A stretch of 64,000 nt of DNA from an uncultured Bacilli bacterium (GTDB lineage Bacteria; Bacillota_I; Bacilli_A; RF39; UBA660). Both the position numbers and the translations under genes were made by a program. Positions 9,209-18,536 of this stretch are shown piece after piece; the first letter of the stretch is position 1; every line of letters starts with the position of its first letter. The stretch spans positions 285-64,284 of the forward strand of contig CAKOIE010000004.1 of the NCBI GenBank assembly GCA_934086395.1. The letters run 5' to 3'. The notes under the pieces are model-generated. The model was not told the DNA's origin, did not search any database, and was given only the letters and a program-made list of their open reading frames with translations.

Positions 9209-10327
9209 ATGGAAATTAAGGATATTATGCTTAAACATGAAAAAAATTATTCTAAATATGCAACTTTTGATAAAGAATCAATAAGATTTAAAGATTATAT
9301 TCCCGATCTTAGACCTAATTTCTTTAGAGATACTGATCGTATTATCTACTCTTCTTCATATACTAGATATATTGGTAAAACTCAGGTTTTTACTTTACCA
9401 ACAAATGACAATGTTTCAAGAAGAAGCATACATGTTCAATTGGTTGCTAAAATTGCTCGTTCTATTGGAAGGGCTTTATCATTAAATGAAGATTTAATTG
9501 AGGCTATTGCGTTAGGACATGATTTAGGTCATGTTCCTTATGGGCATGTTGGTGAAAGATTTTTAAATGATATTAGTTTAAAACATAATGAGGGATATTT
9601 TAATCATAATGTTCAAAGCGTTAGAAATTTAATGGTTCTTGAAAATAATGGCGAGGGATTAAATTTAAGTGTACAGGTATTAGATGGAATTTTATGTCAT
9701 AATGGTGAATTGGAGCTTAAGGAATATAGACCTAAAAATAAAACTATCGATGATTTTCTAAATGATTATAATAATTGTTATAATGTTAATAATTATGTTA
9801 AATCTTTAGTTCCAATGACTTTAGAAGGTTGTATTGTTAGGTTATCTGATATTATTGCTTATTTAGGAAGAGATATTGAAGATGCTGAAAAATTAGGTTT
9901 ATTTAATAAAAAAGATATTCCTAAGGAGATATCTGATGTTTTAGGAACAACTAATCGTGAAATTGTTAATGCGATTATAACTAATGTTGTTCAAAATAGT
10001 TTAGATAAAGATTATATATGCGTGGATGATAAAATATTTAACGCAATAGTTAATCTAAAAAAATTTAATTATAAAAATATTTATGATAAAATTTATACCA
10101 ATAAAGAATTAGATGAGATTAAAAATAAATTTGAATTCTTATTTGATAAGTTATTAATGTCATTAAAGGAAAAAGATGAAAATTCTAAGATATATTCTAA
10201 TTTTTATTTACCAATGAATAATGATTATAAAAATAATACAACTGATGAAAGAGTTATTATCGATTATATTGCTGGAATGACTGATGAATACTTTTTAAAT
10301 GAATATAAGCACTACCAATCAAAGTAG
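9209..10327 (+). CDS. dGTP triphosphohydrolase-like HD-domain protein
   Basis: FFRDTDRIIYSSSYTRYIGKTQVF and RRSIHVQLVAKIARSIG...ALGHDLGHVPYGH are typical of the dGTPase (Dgt-like) HD family. AGGAGA lies 8 nt upstream of the ATG at 9209. Confidence 0.8.
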   Translation: MEIKDIMLKHEKNYSKYATFDKESIRFKDYIPDLRPNFFRDTDRIIYSSSYTRYIGKTQVFTLPTNDNVSRRSIHVQLVAKIARSIGRALSLNEDLIEAIALGHDLGHVPYGHVGERFLNDISLKHNEGYFNHNVQSVRNLMVLENNGEGLNLSVQVLDGILCHNGELELKEYRPKNKTIDDFLNDYNNCYNVNNYVKSLVPMTLEGCIVRLSDIIAYLGRDIEDAEKLGLFNKKDIPKEISDVLGTTNREIVNAIITNVVQNSLDKDYICVDDKIFNAIVNLKKFNYKNIYDKIYTNKELDEIKNKFEFLFDKLLMSLKEKDENSKIYSNFYLPMNNDYKNNTTDERVIIDYIAGMTDEYFLNEYKHYQSK

Positions 10328-10330
10328 TGC

Positions 10331-11272
10331 TTATTTTATATTAATATTAATGTAACATTCATTAATTAAAAAACTTTTTATTTCAGTATTATTGTCTGTT
10401 TCATAATAATTAATTAGTAAGGATTTATATTGATCAATTTTTTCAACAGGAATTACTATTATTCCTTTTCCTTTGCCTATCAAATAATGATTAGCAAATA
10501 TTACAGAGGTTCTTTTATTTCCATCAAGAAAAATTTGTTTTTTTACTGTATATAAAAGTAAATTTATAGCTTTATCAACGTCATTTTCTTTAATTTCTAA
10601 TATATTATTTAATTCTTCTTTTATTTGTGATTCAATAGGTATATCAGGAATCCAATTTGTTCCACCAATTTTTACTGGCGTAGTTCTTAATTGTCCTGCA
10701 TTATAATAAAATCCTTCTTCAACCAATTTATTTATTGTACATAAAACGTTATAATCTGACTTATTAAGTATTACATTTTTATTAAGAATAAACTCCCATG
10801 CATGTTTAAGATTGACTACTTTCATTATATCTTCGGATGACATATCATTTACTTTGCCACCTTCGATAATACTTTCAGTATCTGATAAAGTTGTTGCAAC
10901 ACCTTCTAAAATTGCTTGTTTATATATTGTATCAGCTAAATGTTTTTTTGCAAAATCAATATTTCTTGATACTTCCAGTGATAGTTCTTCATCAACATAA
11001 TTTAATTCTTTTAATTGTTTTTCAATAGTTCTAATTGTTTTTTTTATGTCTTTTGCTTTTACGTTGTTATTTAATATTAAATTATAAAGAGTTTCATTGT
11101 ATTCTCCAATATATTTGGTTGATTGTAGTCCATCTTCTTTAATATGTGTGTAGATATATTTTTTATTATCTTTTTCTCTAATTTCTACTGCTCCATACAC
11201 AAGTTTATTTAATTCAAATTCTAATAATTCCTTTTGATTTATTAAATTTAGTATTTGCATTTGGTTATCCAT
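10331..11272 (-). CDS. Fic/Doc family protein with a degenerate active-site motif
   Basis: QIFLDGNKRTSVIFANHYL aligns to the Fic/Doc core H-x-F-x-D-G/A-N-K/G-R, but Gln replaces the catalytic His. The start at 11272 has an AGAGGTG RBS. The longer ORF-track start would abut the leuS stop. Confidence 0.6.
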   Translation of the reverse strand: MDNQMQILNLINQKELLEFELNKLVYGAVEIREKDNKKYIYTHIKEDGLQSTKYIGEYNETLYNLILNNNVKAKDIKKTIRTIEKQLKELNYVDEELSLEVSRNIDFAKKHLADTIYKQAILEGVATTLSDTESIIEGGKVNDMSSEDIMKVVNLKHAWEFILNKNVILNKSDYNVLCTINKLVEEGFYYNAGQLRTTPVKIGGTNWIPDIPIESQIKEELNNILEIKENDVDKAINLLLYTVKKQIFLDGNKRTSVIFANHYLIGKGKGIIVIPVEKIDQYKSLLINYYETDNNTEIKSFLINECYININIK

Positions 11273-11376
11273 ATAAAGCACCTCTGATATCATTATACTA
11301 CTTTTTTTATTAGTGTGAAACTTTTTTATATAAATTTGAACAAAAAGTTTCACACTTTGTTTATATAAAAAAAGCA

Positions 11377-13770
11377 CTATCTTACGACAATGCTTACAAT
11401 TCTCTTTGGTACTATAATTATTTTTACAATTTCTTTATCTGTAATATTTTTCTTAACGTTTTCTTCGTTTAAGGCTTTTTCTTTTATTATATCTTCAGTA
11501 TCATCATCACTTACTGTAATTGTTCCACGTAATTTACCATTAACTTGTACACCTACTTGGACACAGTTATCAATTGTTTTTTCTTCAACATATGTTGGCC
11601 AAGAACTAACAGCTAGCATAGTGTTATTTCCTAACTTTTCATTAAGTTCTTCGGTTATATGAGGTGCAATTGGATTTAAAAGTGTAATAAATACTTTATA
11701 ATCAGCAACAGTTATTTTATCTAATTTTTCATATTCATTTAAAAGAATCATTAATGAAGATACTGCGGTATTATAATTCATTGATAATAAATCATTAGTT
11801 ACTTTTTTAATAGTTTTATGAATATTTTTTTCTAATACTTCACTATAACTATTTCCTGGTACTACTTTATCATATAAACGATAAACTCTATCTAAGAATT
11901 TCTTACAGCCTTTTAAGCCATTTAAACTCCATGAAGCATCTTTAGTATAATCTCCTATAAACATTTCATAAGTTCTAAGGGCATCTGCACCAAATTCATT
12001 AATCATGTCATCTGGATTAACTACATTACCTTTACTTTTACTCATTTTTTCATTATTTTCACCAAGAATCATACCATGAGAAACTCTTTTAGCAAATGGT
12101 TCTTTATTAATAACTAGTCCTTGATCATATAGGAATTGATTCCAAAATCTAGCATATAACAAATGTCTTGTAGCATGTTCCATACCACCATTGTAATAAT
12201 CAACTTGTCCCCAATATTTTAATGCATCTTTAGAAACAAATTCATCCTTATTATGGGCATCCATATATCTTAAGAAATACCAACTAGATCCAGCCCAGTT
12301 TGGCATTGTATCAGTTTCTCTTTTAGCCATTTTCCCACATTTAGGACATGGTACATTAACCCACTCTTTTACGTTAGCAAGAGGACTTTCTCCAGTTTCG
12401 GTTGGTTCATATGATGGAACATCTGGAAGCACTAGGGGAAGTTCGTTTTCTGGTACAGGTACCCAACCACAATCTGGGCATTCAATCATTGGAATTGGTT
12501 CACCCCAGAATCTTTGACGACTAAATATCCAATCTTGTAAACGATAATTAGTAGTTTTCTTACCTATATGATTTTCTTCTAAATAGTTAAGCATTTTATC
12601 AATAGCAGTTTCTTTATCTAGTCCATCTAGGAATCCTGAATTAATATGAACACCATCACCGGTATATGCTTCACTTGTAACATCACCATCAATTACGGGT
12701 ATAATATCTATACCAAATTTTTTCGCAAAAGCATAATCTCTAGTATCATGAGCAGGAACTGCCATAATTGCTCCGGTTCCATAATTAGCAAGAACATAAT
12801 CACTTACATATATAGGTATTTCTTTATTATTAACTGGATTAATTACGCTTAATCCTTCTAACTTAATACCTGTTTTTTCTTTGGAAGCATCGGTTCTTTC
12901 GATTTCATTTTTTAATGCACTTTCTCTTTGATATTCTTTTAGTTCATCAATATTTTTAATTTTATCAGCATATTTACTTAGTAATTGATGTTCTGGAGAC
13001 ATTACTACAAATGTAACTCCATATAAAGTATCACATCGTGTTGTAAATACTTTTAATTCTTCATCTATTTCTTTAAATTTAAAATTAACTTCGGCTCCAA
13101 TGCTTTTTCCTATCCAATTTATTTGAGCAGTTTTAATTTTTTCAGCAAAATTAGTATCTTTAAGTCCATCTATTAAACTATCAGCATAGCTACTCATTTT
13201 AAGCATCCATTGATTTTTTAATTTCTTGGTAGTTAAAGAACCACATCTTTCACATACTCCGCCTGCTGCATCTTCATTTGATAAGCCAGTCTTACATTTA
13301 GGACACCAATTAATTTCTTTTTCAGCTTTATAAGCCATTCCGGCTTTATAAAATTGTAGGAATTGCCATTGTGTCCATTTATAATATTCTGGATCACTTG
13401 TATTAATTTCTCTACTCCAATCAAATGATATACCTAATGATTTAATTTGATGTTTAAATGTTTTAATACAATCATTAACCATTTTTGATGGATATACATG
13501 ATTCTTAATTGCATATTGTTCTGCAGGAGAACCAAAAGCATCCCAACCAATTGGATACAAAACATTATATCCTTGCATTCTTTTAACTCTAGCCATTGCA
13601 TCTAGGGCAGTATAACTTCTAACATGACCTACATGTAAACCAGCTCCTGATGGGTAAGGAAACTCAATTAATAAGTAATATTTTTCTTTATCACTACTAT
13701 TACTTGCTTCAAAGCATTTTGCTTCATCCCATTTATCTTGCCATTTCTTTTCAATATTTTTAAAATCCAT
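11377..13770 (-). CDS. leuS: Leucine--tRNA ligase
   Basis: 797 aa with class I signatures HVGH (PYPSGAGLHVGHVRSY) and KMSKS, plus a full-length LeuRS-like sequence. Ends in TAG. Confidence 0.97.
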   Translation of the reverse strand: MDFKNIEKKWQDKWDEAKCFEASNSSDKEKYYLLIEFPYPSGAGLHVGHVRSYTALDAMARVKRMQGYNVLYPIGWDAFGSPAEQYAIKNHVYPSKMVNDCIKTFKHQIKSLGISFDWSREINTSDPEYYKWTQWQFLQFYKAGMAYKAEKEINWCPKCKTGLSNEDAAGGVCERCGSLTTKKLKNQWMLKMSSYADSLIDGLKDTNFAEKIKTAQINWIGKSIGAEVNFKFKEIDEELKVFTTRCDTLYGVTFVVMSPEHQLLSKYADKIKNIDELKEYQRESALKNEIERTDASKEKTGIKLEGLSVINPVNNKEIPIYVSDYVLANYGTGAIMAVPAHDTRDYAFAKKFGIDIIPVIDGDVTSEAYTGDGVHINSGFLDGLDKETAIDKMLNYLEENHIGKKTTNYRLQDWIFSRQRFWGEPIPMIECPDCGWVPVPENELPLVLPDVPSYEPTETGESPLANVKEWVNVPCPKCGKMAKRETDTMPNWAGSSWYFLRYMDAHNKDEFVSKDALKYWGQVDYYNGGMEHATRHLLYARFWNQFLYDQGLVINKEPFAKRVSHGMILGENNEKMSKSKGNVVNPDDMINEFGADALRTYEMFIGDYTKDASWSLNGLKGCKKFLDRVYRLYDKVVPGNSYSEVLEKNIHKTIKKVTNDLLSMNYNTAVSSLMILLNEYEKLDKITVADYKVFITLLNPIAPHITEELNEKLGNNTMLAVSSWPTYVEEKTIDNCVQVGVQVNGKLRGTITVSDDDTEDIIKEKALNEENVKKNITDKEIVKIIIVPKRIVSIVVR

Positions 13771-14105
13771 TATTTTTTCCTCCTCTTATAAATACTTTCT
13801 AATATATTTCCCATAATTCCGTAGAAAACATATATGAGCGCTACTAATAGAACGAATCCATATAGTAATTGCCATATTTTATCCATATCAATCATTGTAC
13901 AAAGTACTCCTGTTGAACTAATAATAAAAGCATTTACTATTGATAATATAATACCTAATTTATTATAATCTTCTTTTTTAACTTTAAGTAGTTCCATTCC
14001 AATAAATTTTTTTAATTTATTTTTCTTTCTTTTAATAAAATAGTCTACTAAAAATATAATGAAAAAGATAATAAATAAGATTAAAAATAAAAATAAATTT
14101 TCCAT
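13770..14105 (-). CDS. Small two-TM membrane protein translationally coupled to leuS
   Basis: 111-aa ORF starts just after the T-box terminator. Its TAA overlaps the leuS ATG by 1 nt, and its last codons contain the leuS RBS (AGAGGAGG). Confidence 0.5.
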   Translation of the reverse strand: MENLFLFLILFIIFFIIFLVDYFIKRKKNKLKKFIGMELLKVKKEDYNKLGIILSIVNAFIISSTGVLCTMIDMDKIWQLLYGFVLLVALIYVFYGIMGNILESIYKRRKK

Positions 14106-14300
14106 AAATATCCTTTCTATAACAAAAAAACGACTAATTCTAAAGGACGAATAAGCCGTGGTACCACCTTAATTTTTACTTTTAGTTTTAACGGTCTTCA
14201 CCTTAAACATCCGTTAAGTAAGTTCACTATATATATTTGTTAATTTCCACCAATCATTAACTCTCTATAAAATATTTTTTAGTTACTACTCTTAACATCT
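14106..14300 (-). promoter_or_regulatory. T-box leader, Leu specifier (CUU)
   Basis: On the minus strand: T-box sequence AATTAAGGTGGTACCACGG (14156-14174). Terminator CGGCTTATTC-loop-GAATTAGTCG followed by U7. Stem I has an AGAGAG bulge motif and a specifier loop GAA-CUU-A (codon at 14220-14222) closed by GTTAAG/CTTAAC. Confidence 0.85.
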
Positions 14301-14317
14301 TCTGTTAAATAATAATT

Positions 14318-14393
14318 TGGCTGCCCAGGTTGGATTCGAACCAACGAAATGTTAGGGTCAGAGCCTAATGCCTTACCACTTGGCGACTGGGCA
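14318..14393 (-). tRNA. tRNA-Gln (anticodon CTG)
   Basis: Cloverleaf read by eye: acceptor TGCCCAG/CTGGGCA, D-arm GCCAAGTGGTAAGGC, anticodon loop CTCTGAC, T-arm GGTTCGAATCC, encoded CCA. Confidence 0.9.
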
Positions 14394-14502
14394 ATTCAAA
14401 ATACAAGTTTATTATACTACTTTAATGCTTTTTAAATCAATAACAAATGTAATAACTCCTAGTCTTTTTACAATTCAGTAAAAAAGTTAAACAAGGTTAA
14501 AC

Positions 14503-14526
14503 AAAAAAAAGAACTAAAAAGTTCTT
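14503..14526 (-). terminator. Intrinsic terminator ending the DarT-like/helicase operon
   Basis: Minus-strand hairpin AAGAAC-TTTTTA-GTTCTT followed by U8. Confidence 0.7.
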
Positions 14527-14532
14527 AAAACA

Positions 14533-14799
14533 TTATTTAATTATTAACGAAATAATACCAATTATTATAGATAAAACAATTAAAATAAGAATAATATTTT
14601 GTTTTTTTTCATATTCATTAACAGAAGACTTTATTTTGTCTATTTCTTTTTCAATATCTTTTTTAATTAATTCTATATCAGATGATTCTTTAATGATTTC
14701 GTTTATTTTTTCATTATTTTCAGATAATGAATTTTTTAACTTATCTATTTCATTTAAATTTATTTTAAATTGATCAATTTCTCTATCCAATTCGTTCAT
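14533..14799 (-). CDS. Small coiled-coil protein with a C-terminal transmembrane anchor
   Basis: 88 aa. The N-terminal about 65 aa are heptad-like and charged (EIDQFKINLNEIDKLKNSLSENNEKINEIIKE...). The C-terminus is ILILIVLSIIIGIISLIIK. The gene starts 2 nt after the helicase stop. Confidence 0.6.
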   Translation of the reverse strand: MNELDREIDQFKINLNEIDKLKNSLSENNEKINEIIKESSDIELIKKDIEKEIDKIKSSVNEYEKKQNIILILIVLSIIIGIISLIIK

Positions 14800-14801
14800 T
14801 T

Positions 14802-17800
14802 CTAATTTTCCTTTCTATTTTCAAATCTTTCATTTATAAATGGAATCCAATATTTTACTACTACATCATCTTTATCAAGCTCATCAAGAATTACACCTCT
14901 AAATACTTTTTTATCTTGTCTATATAAAACATCTAATAATAATTCTTTTTCGTTATCATTAACATTTTTATAAGCTAAAGCCCCTAGATTCTTATATATT
15001 TCAACTTTTTCTTGATATTCAGAAGTAGAAATGGCATAATTTAATAATTCTATTACTGATTGCTTATTGTAATTTTCTTTTCTAATATTTAATAATGCTA
15101 AATATACTCTCATCTTATTATTTACAACTGATTCCATTTCACTCTCTATTTGTATTATTTTTGATTCCAAATCTTCAATTTTAGTTGATATAGCCTTCTT
15201 TATAACATTCTCAATTGATACATTTTCAAAACCATATGTTATGCCTTCATCTTTTAAAGGTTTTATTATGCTTGCTATATTAAAATAATCATCAATTACA
15301 TTTTGAATAGCATCCGATTTTCCTTTGCCATTGTATTCACTAGTAGCATATTTATAAATATTTTTTAATTGTATTCTTCTAGTTAGTATAAAATTATCAT
15401 AATACCATTTTCTCATAAAATATATAATGTCAGATAAACCTTTATAATTATAACTATCAACTAAATTAATTGAATTTATGACTGATTTATGATCATCAGG
15501 ATATTGATTAATATATTGTCTTGTTTTTGATTTAATATAATTTAGATTCTTATATTCAGAATCAAATAAAATATTAAACTCAAGTTCGTTATATAAATAT
15601 CCAACTTCCCAATTATCTACAATACCACATTTATGTAATATATATAGGTTTTTTTCAATAATATTTTTATTATTTTTTTCATTAGAAACTATATAATTAT
15701 ATTTGTTATTATTATCTATTAATTTAGATTTAAATATTTTATAAAAAAAATTAATTGCATCATCTGCTTCTTGTTTTGGTTCTTCTAAATTTTGAGTAAG
15801 GAAATAAAAATTAGTAGCAATATCAATTTTATCTTTCAGTAGTTTTGCTAATTCTTTAAGTCTATCAATAGAAGTATTTTCATTAAAAAATTCATTTATT
15901 AATCGATTTTGTTCATCAGAATAATCATATGTGAATATTTTACAATTAGCAGTACTTCCAATTTCACGACCAGCTCGTCCTGCTTCTTGATAAAATCCCT
16001 CCAATGATGATGGAACACCATAATGTATTGTTAATCTAATATTAGGTTTATCAATTCCCATTCCAAAAGCTTTAGTTGAAATTAATACCGACTGATAATT
16101 ATTAATAAACTTTTCCGTTGATAATGAAGCATCATTAGAATAATATTTTCCAACAAGATCTCCAAAACAATATTTTGAAGATAGATCTTCGAATAAACAA
16201 TCAACCTTCTTTTTTGTTTTCGTAAATATGATTGCTGCATTAGTTTTGTTTCCATTTAAACAAACATTAGTTTTAAAAAGCTCAGTTTTTATTGCTTTAT
16301 TCATATTATCTTCAGTATCAAATGTATCAAATTCAAACTTTAAATTATCTCTTTTATATGTTTCATTGAATATAATATCATTTCTACTTTCAATATTTAG
16401 TTCAATCATTAAGTCTTTTATTACACTTTTAGATGCTGTTGCAGTTAACCCTAAAAATTTAATATCAGGACAATATTGTTTAATTGTGTGAGCTACCATC
16501 AAATATGGAATTCTAAAATCATGTCCCCACTCAGATAAACAGTGAACTTCATCTAAAATTATTTTATCAAAAGCTTGCTCATCTTTTAATATAAGTAACT
16601 TGCTCCTAAATTCTTTTGATTGTAATCTTTCTGGAGAAATAAATGTAAAAATATTTTTTAAATTTCCAAATTTTTTTAATTCCAATGATTTATTAACACC
16701 TTTATCACTTGTTATTCTTGAACATCTTGTAATACCAAATCTTTGCTCTAGAATACGACATTGGTCTTTTATAAGTTCGTTTGTAGGCGCAATTACAATT
16801 GAAATTTTTGGTTGTAATAAACATGACAATTGATAAACAATTGATTTTCCACTACCTGTTGGTAATATACCAATTGTGTTTTTTCCAGCAAGTGTATGTG
16901 CAATAATCTCTAACTGCCCTGGTCTAAATTCATCATAACCAAAAATCAGTTTAAGATATTTATTCATAATATAAGAATTATTACTATTTATATCATATTT
17001 TATTGAATTATCAATCCAATAATTTATATTAGTTATTTTATCATCTTTTAATTCTTCAGAAAGTATTTTTTCTTCATAATCTTCTATATAAAACATATAT
17101 TCTGCATTCATATCATATTCTAAATTATAACCTATATTTATTCTTAATCCATCATTAGTATAAGCATTAGTTGTTATATCTAATTTAGGTTCATCATATT
17201 TAATATTTGCTAATTTAGTAAAATCCTTAATGTATTCAAATATATCTAAAATTGCCAATTTGAGCAGTTCTTCTTTTCCTTTAATATAGTTTATTCTCCA
17301 AATTGAATCTTTTAAAACATCATTTTTTAGCAATGTTAATATCAACATTTGTAATCTACATATTTCTTTTAAATCATCATCACTTAAAGACTGTTTTTTT
17401 AAAAACTCACTTATTGTGATTAGTTGCCCTCTTTGAAGCAAATTATTAAGGACAGCATAAAATTGTTTATATTTAGATGTACATTTAGTTTTTAGACCAA
17501 CGTTTCTTAATATATATGAAACATCATTACTTACATAACTATTATCAAAACAAATTTTTCTATTAAGCTTCATTTGCTTTTCAAATAACTCATCATTTTT
17601 TATATTTTCTGTAAAAAAATTTTGATTTTCCAATAATTTTATTTTTTCATTTAGTTCATAAATAATCTTATTTTTTTCATCTACATCAATTGTAGGATCA
17701 ACTGCATTATTTTCTTTTAATTGTTCTATTTCAACTTTATTGTTATAAAGTAATTCTTCTTGTTCTTCTAATTTTTTTAATAATTGATTTTTTTCAAATA

Positions 17801-18524
17801 TTAAATCATCATTCGTTTTATCATTTACATGAGCTTCTAATTCAGATATTTTTGTATTCAATTCATCTATTTTATTATTATATTCTGAATTTTCATTTTC
17901 TAAATCAATTATTTTTTCTTTAATTTCATTAAACTCTTTAAGTTTTTTAAGTGAATTTTTTAGTTGTTGTTCCTTTATTTGCAAAATTAGTTTTTGTTCT
18001 TTTATTAAAGTTTCTCTATCCTTTTTATCATCCTCATAACTTTTTCTAATTTCTTCTCTAATTCTATCTGCTAAATCATCATCAGCCCTTAATAATTCAT
18101 CATAATATTGATCAAGATTATCTAATACAATCTTTTGGTTAAAAACCTCATTATAATAATTTACTGCACAATATAAAAGTTTTCTATACATTTTTTTTAA
18201 TTCTTTTTCAATAAATTCACTTCTATTTTCATGCTTATGATCATTAGAAAGATTGTTTATAACATTTAAATTTCTTATTAATTCTTCTGAATAATTATAC
18301 TTTTTTGATATTTTAGTAATAAATTCCCTATTATTTAATAATTCACCTAACGATATTTTTTTTCTAATAATGATTTTATCTTTATCATTAATTGTTTTTA
18401 ATAATCGTTCTGCAAATATTTGTAGTGCTGTTTCACATAATGATGTTTTTAATTTAATATTTTTATTTATATCATCAAAATCTTTATATAATGTGGGATT
18501 AATTTCTCTAATAAATTCAAACAT
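14802..18524 (-). CDS. RecQ-family SF2 helicase with an N-terminal DUF4145-like domain and a long coiled coil
   Basis: Helicase motifs: FRPGQLEII, ILPTGSGKS, IVIAPTNELIKDQ, DEVHCLSEWGHDFR, LTATAS, STKAFGMGIDKPNIRLTIHYGVPSSLEGFYQEAGRAGR. Residues about 150-310 are K/E-rich heptad repeats. The N-terminal about 130 aa end in NLSNDHKHEN, reminiscent of DUF4145. Confidence 0.85.
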   Translation of the reverse strand: MFEFIREINPTLYKDFDDINKNIKLKTSLCETALQIFAERLLKTINDKDKIIIRKKISLGELLNNREFITKISKKYNYSEELIRNLNVINNLSNDHKHENRSEFIEKELKKMYRKLLYCAVNYYNEVFNQKIVLDNLDQYYDELLRADDDLADRIREEIRKSYEDDKKDRETLIKEQKLILQIKEQQLKNSLKKLKEFNEIKEKIIDLENENSEYNNKIDELNTKISELEAHVNDKTNDDLIFEKNQLLKKLEEQEELLYNNKVEIEQLKENNAVDPTIDVDEKNKIIYELNEKIKLLENQNFFTENIKNDELFEKQMKLNRKICFDNSYVSNDVSYILRNVGLKTKCTSKYKQFYAVLNNLLQRGQLITISEFLKKQSLSDDDLKEICRLQMLILTLLKNDVLKDSIWRINYIKGKEELLKLAILDIFEYIKDFTKLANIKYDEPKLDITTNAYTNDGLRINIGYNLEYDMNAEYMFYIEDYEEKILSEELKDDKITNINYWIDNSIKYDINSNNSYIMNKYLKLIFGYDEFRPGQLEIIAHTLAGKNTIGILPTGSGKSIVYQLSCLLQPKISIVIAPTNELIKDQCRILEQRFGITRCSRITSDKGVNKSLELKKFGNLKNIFTFISPERLQSKEFRSKLLILKDEQAFDKIILDEVHCLSEWGHDFRIPYLMVAHTIKQYCPDIKFLGLTATASKSVIKDLMIELNIESRNDIIFNETYKRDNLKFEFDTFDTEDNMNKAIKTELFKTNVCLNGNKTNAAIIFTKTKKKVDCLFEDLSSKYCFGDLVGKYYSNDASLSTEKFINNYQSVLISTKAFGMGIDKPNIRLTIHYGVPSSLEGFYQEAGRAGREIGSTANCKIFTYDYSDEQNRLINEFFNENTSIDRLKELAKLLKDKIDIATNFYFLTQNLEEPKQEADDAINFFYKIFKSKLIDNNNKYNYIVSNEKNNKNIIEKNLYILHKCGIVDNWEVGYLYNELEFNILFDSEYKNLNYIKSKTRQYINQYPDDHKSVINSINLVDSYNYKGLSDIIYFMRKWYYDNFILTRRIQLKNIYKYATSEYNGKGKSDAIQNVIDDYFNIASIIKPLKDEGITYGFENVSIENVIKKAISTKIEDLESKIIQIESEMESVVNNKMRVYLALLNIRKENYNKQSVIELLNYAISTSEYQEKVEIYKNLGALAYKNVNDNEKELLLDVLYRQDKKVFRGVILDELDKDDVVVKYWIPFINERFENRKEN

Positions 18525-18536
18525 ACTTCACCTCAT

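Noticed and set aside
7253-10327. The LtaS-like and HD-domain ORFs are in the same frame, separated by TAG plus two codons, so a read-through fusion was considered
   Set aside because: The two products belong to unrelated complete families, the second has its own AGGAGA RBS, and sharing a frame has a 1-in-3 chance.
10331-11377. The long 348-aa version of the Fic/Doc ORF starting at 11377
   Set aside because: That start abuts the leuS stop and lacks an RBS. An internal ATG at 11272 has AGAGGTG upstream, and the extra 35 residues look like translated intergenic sequence.
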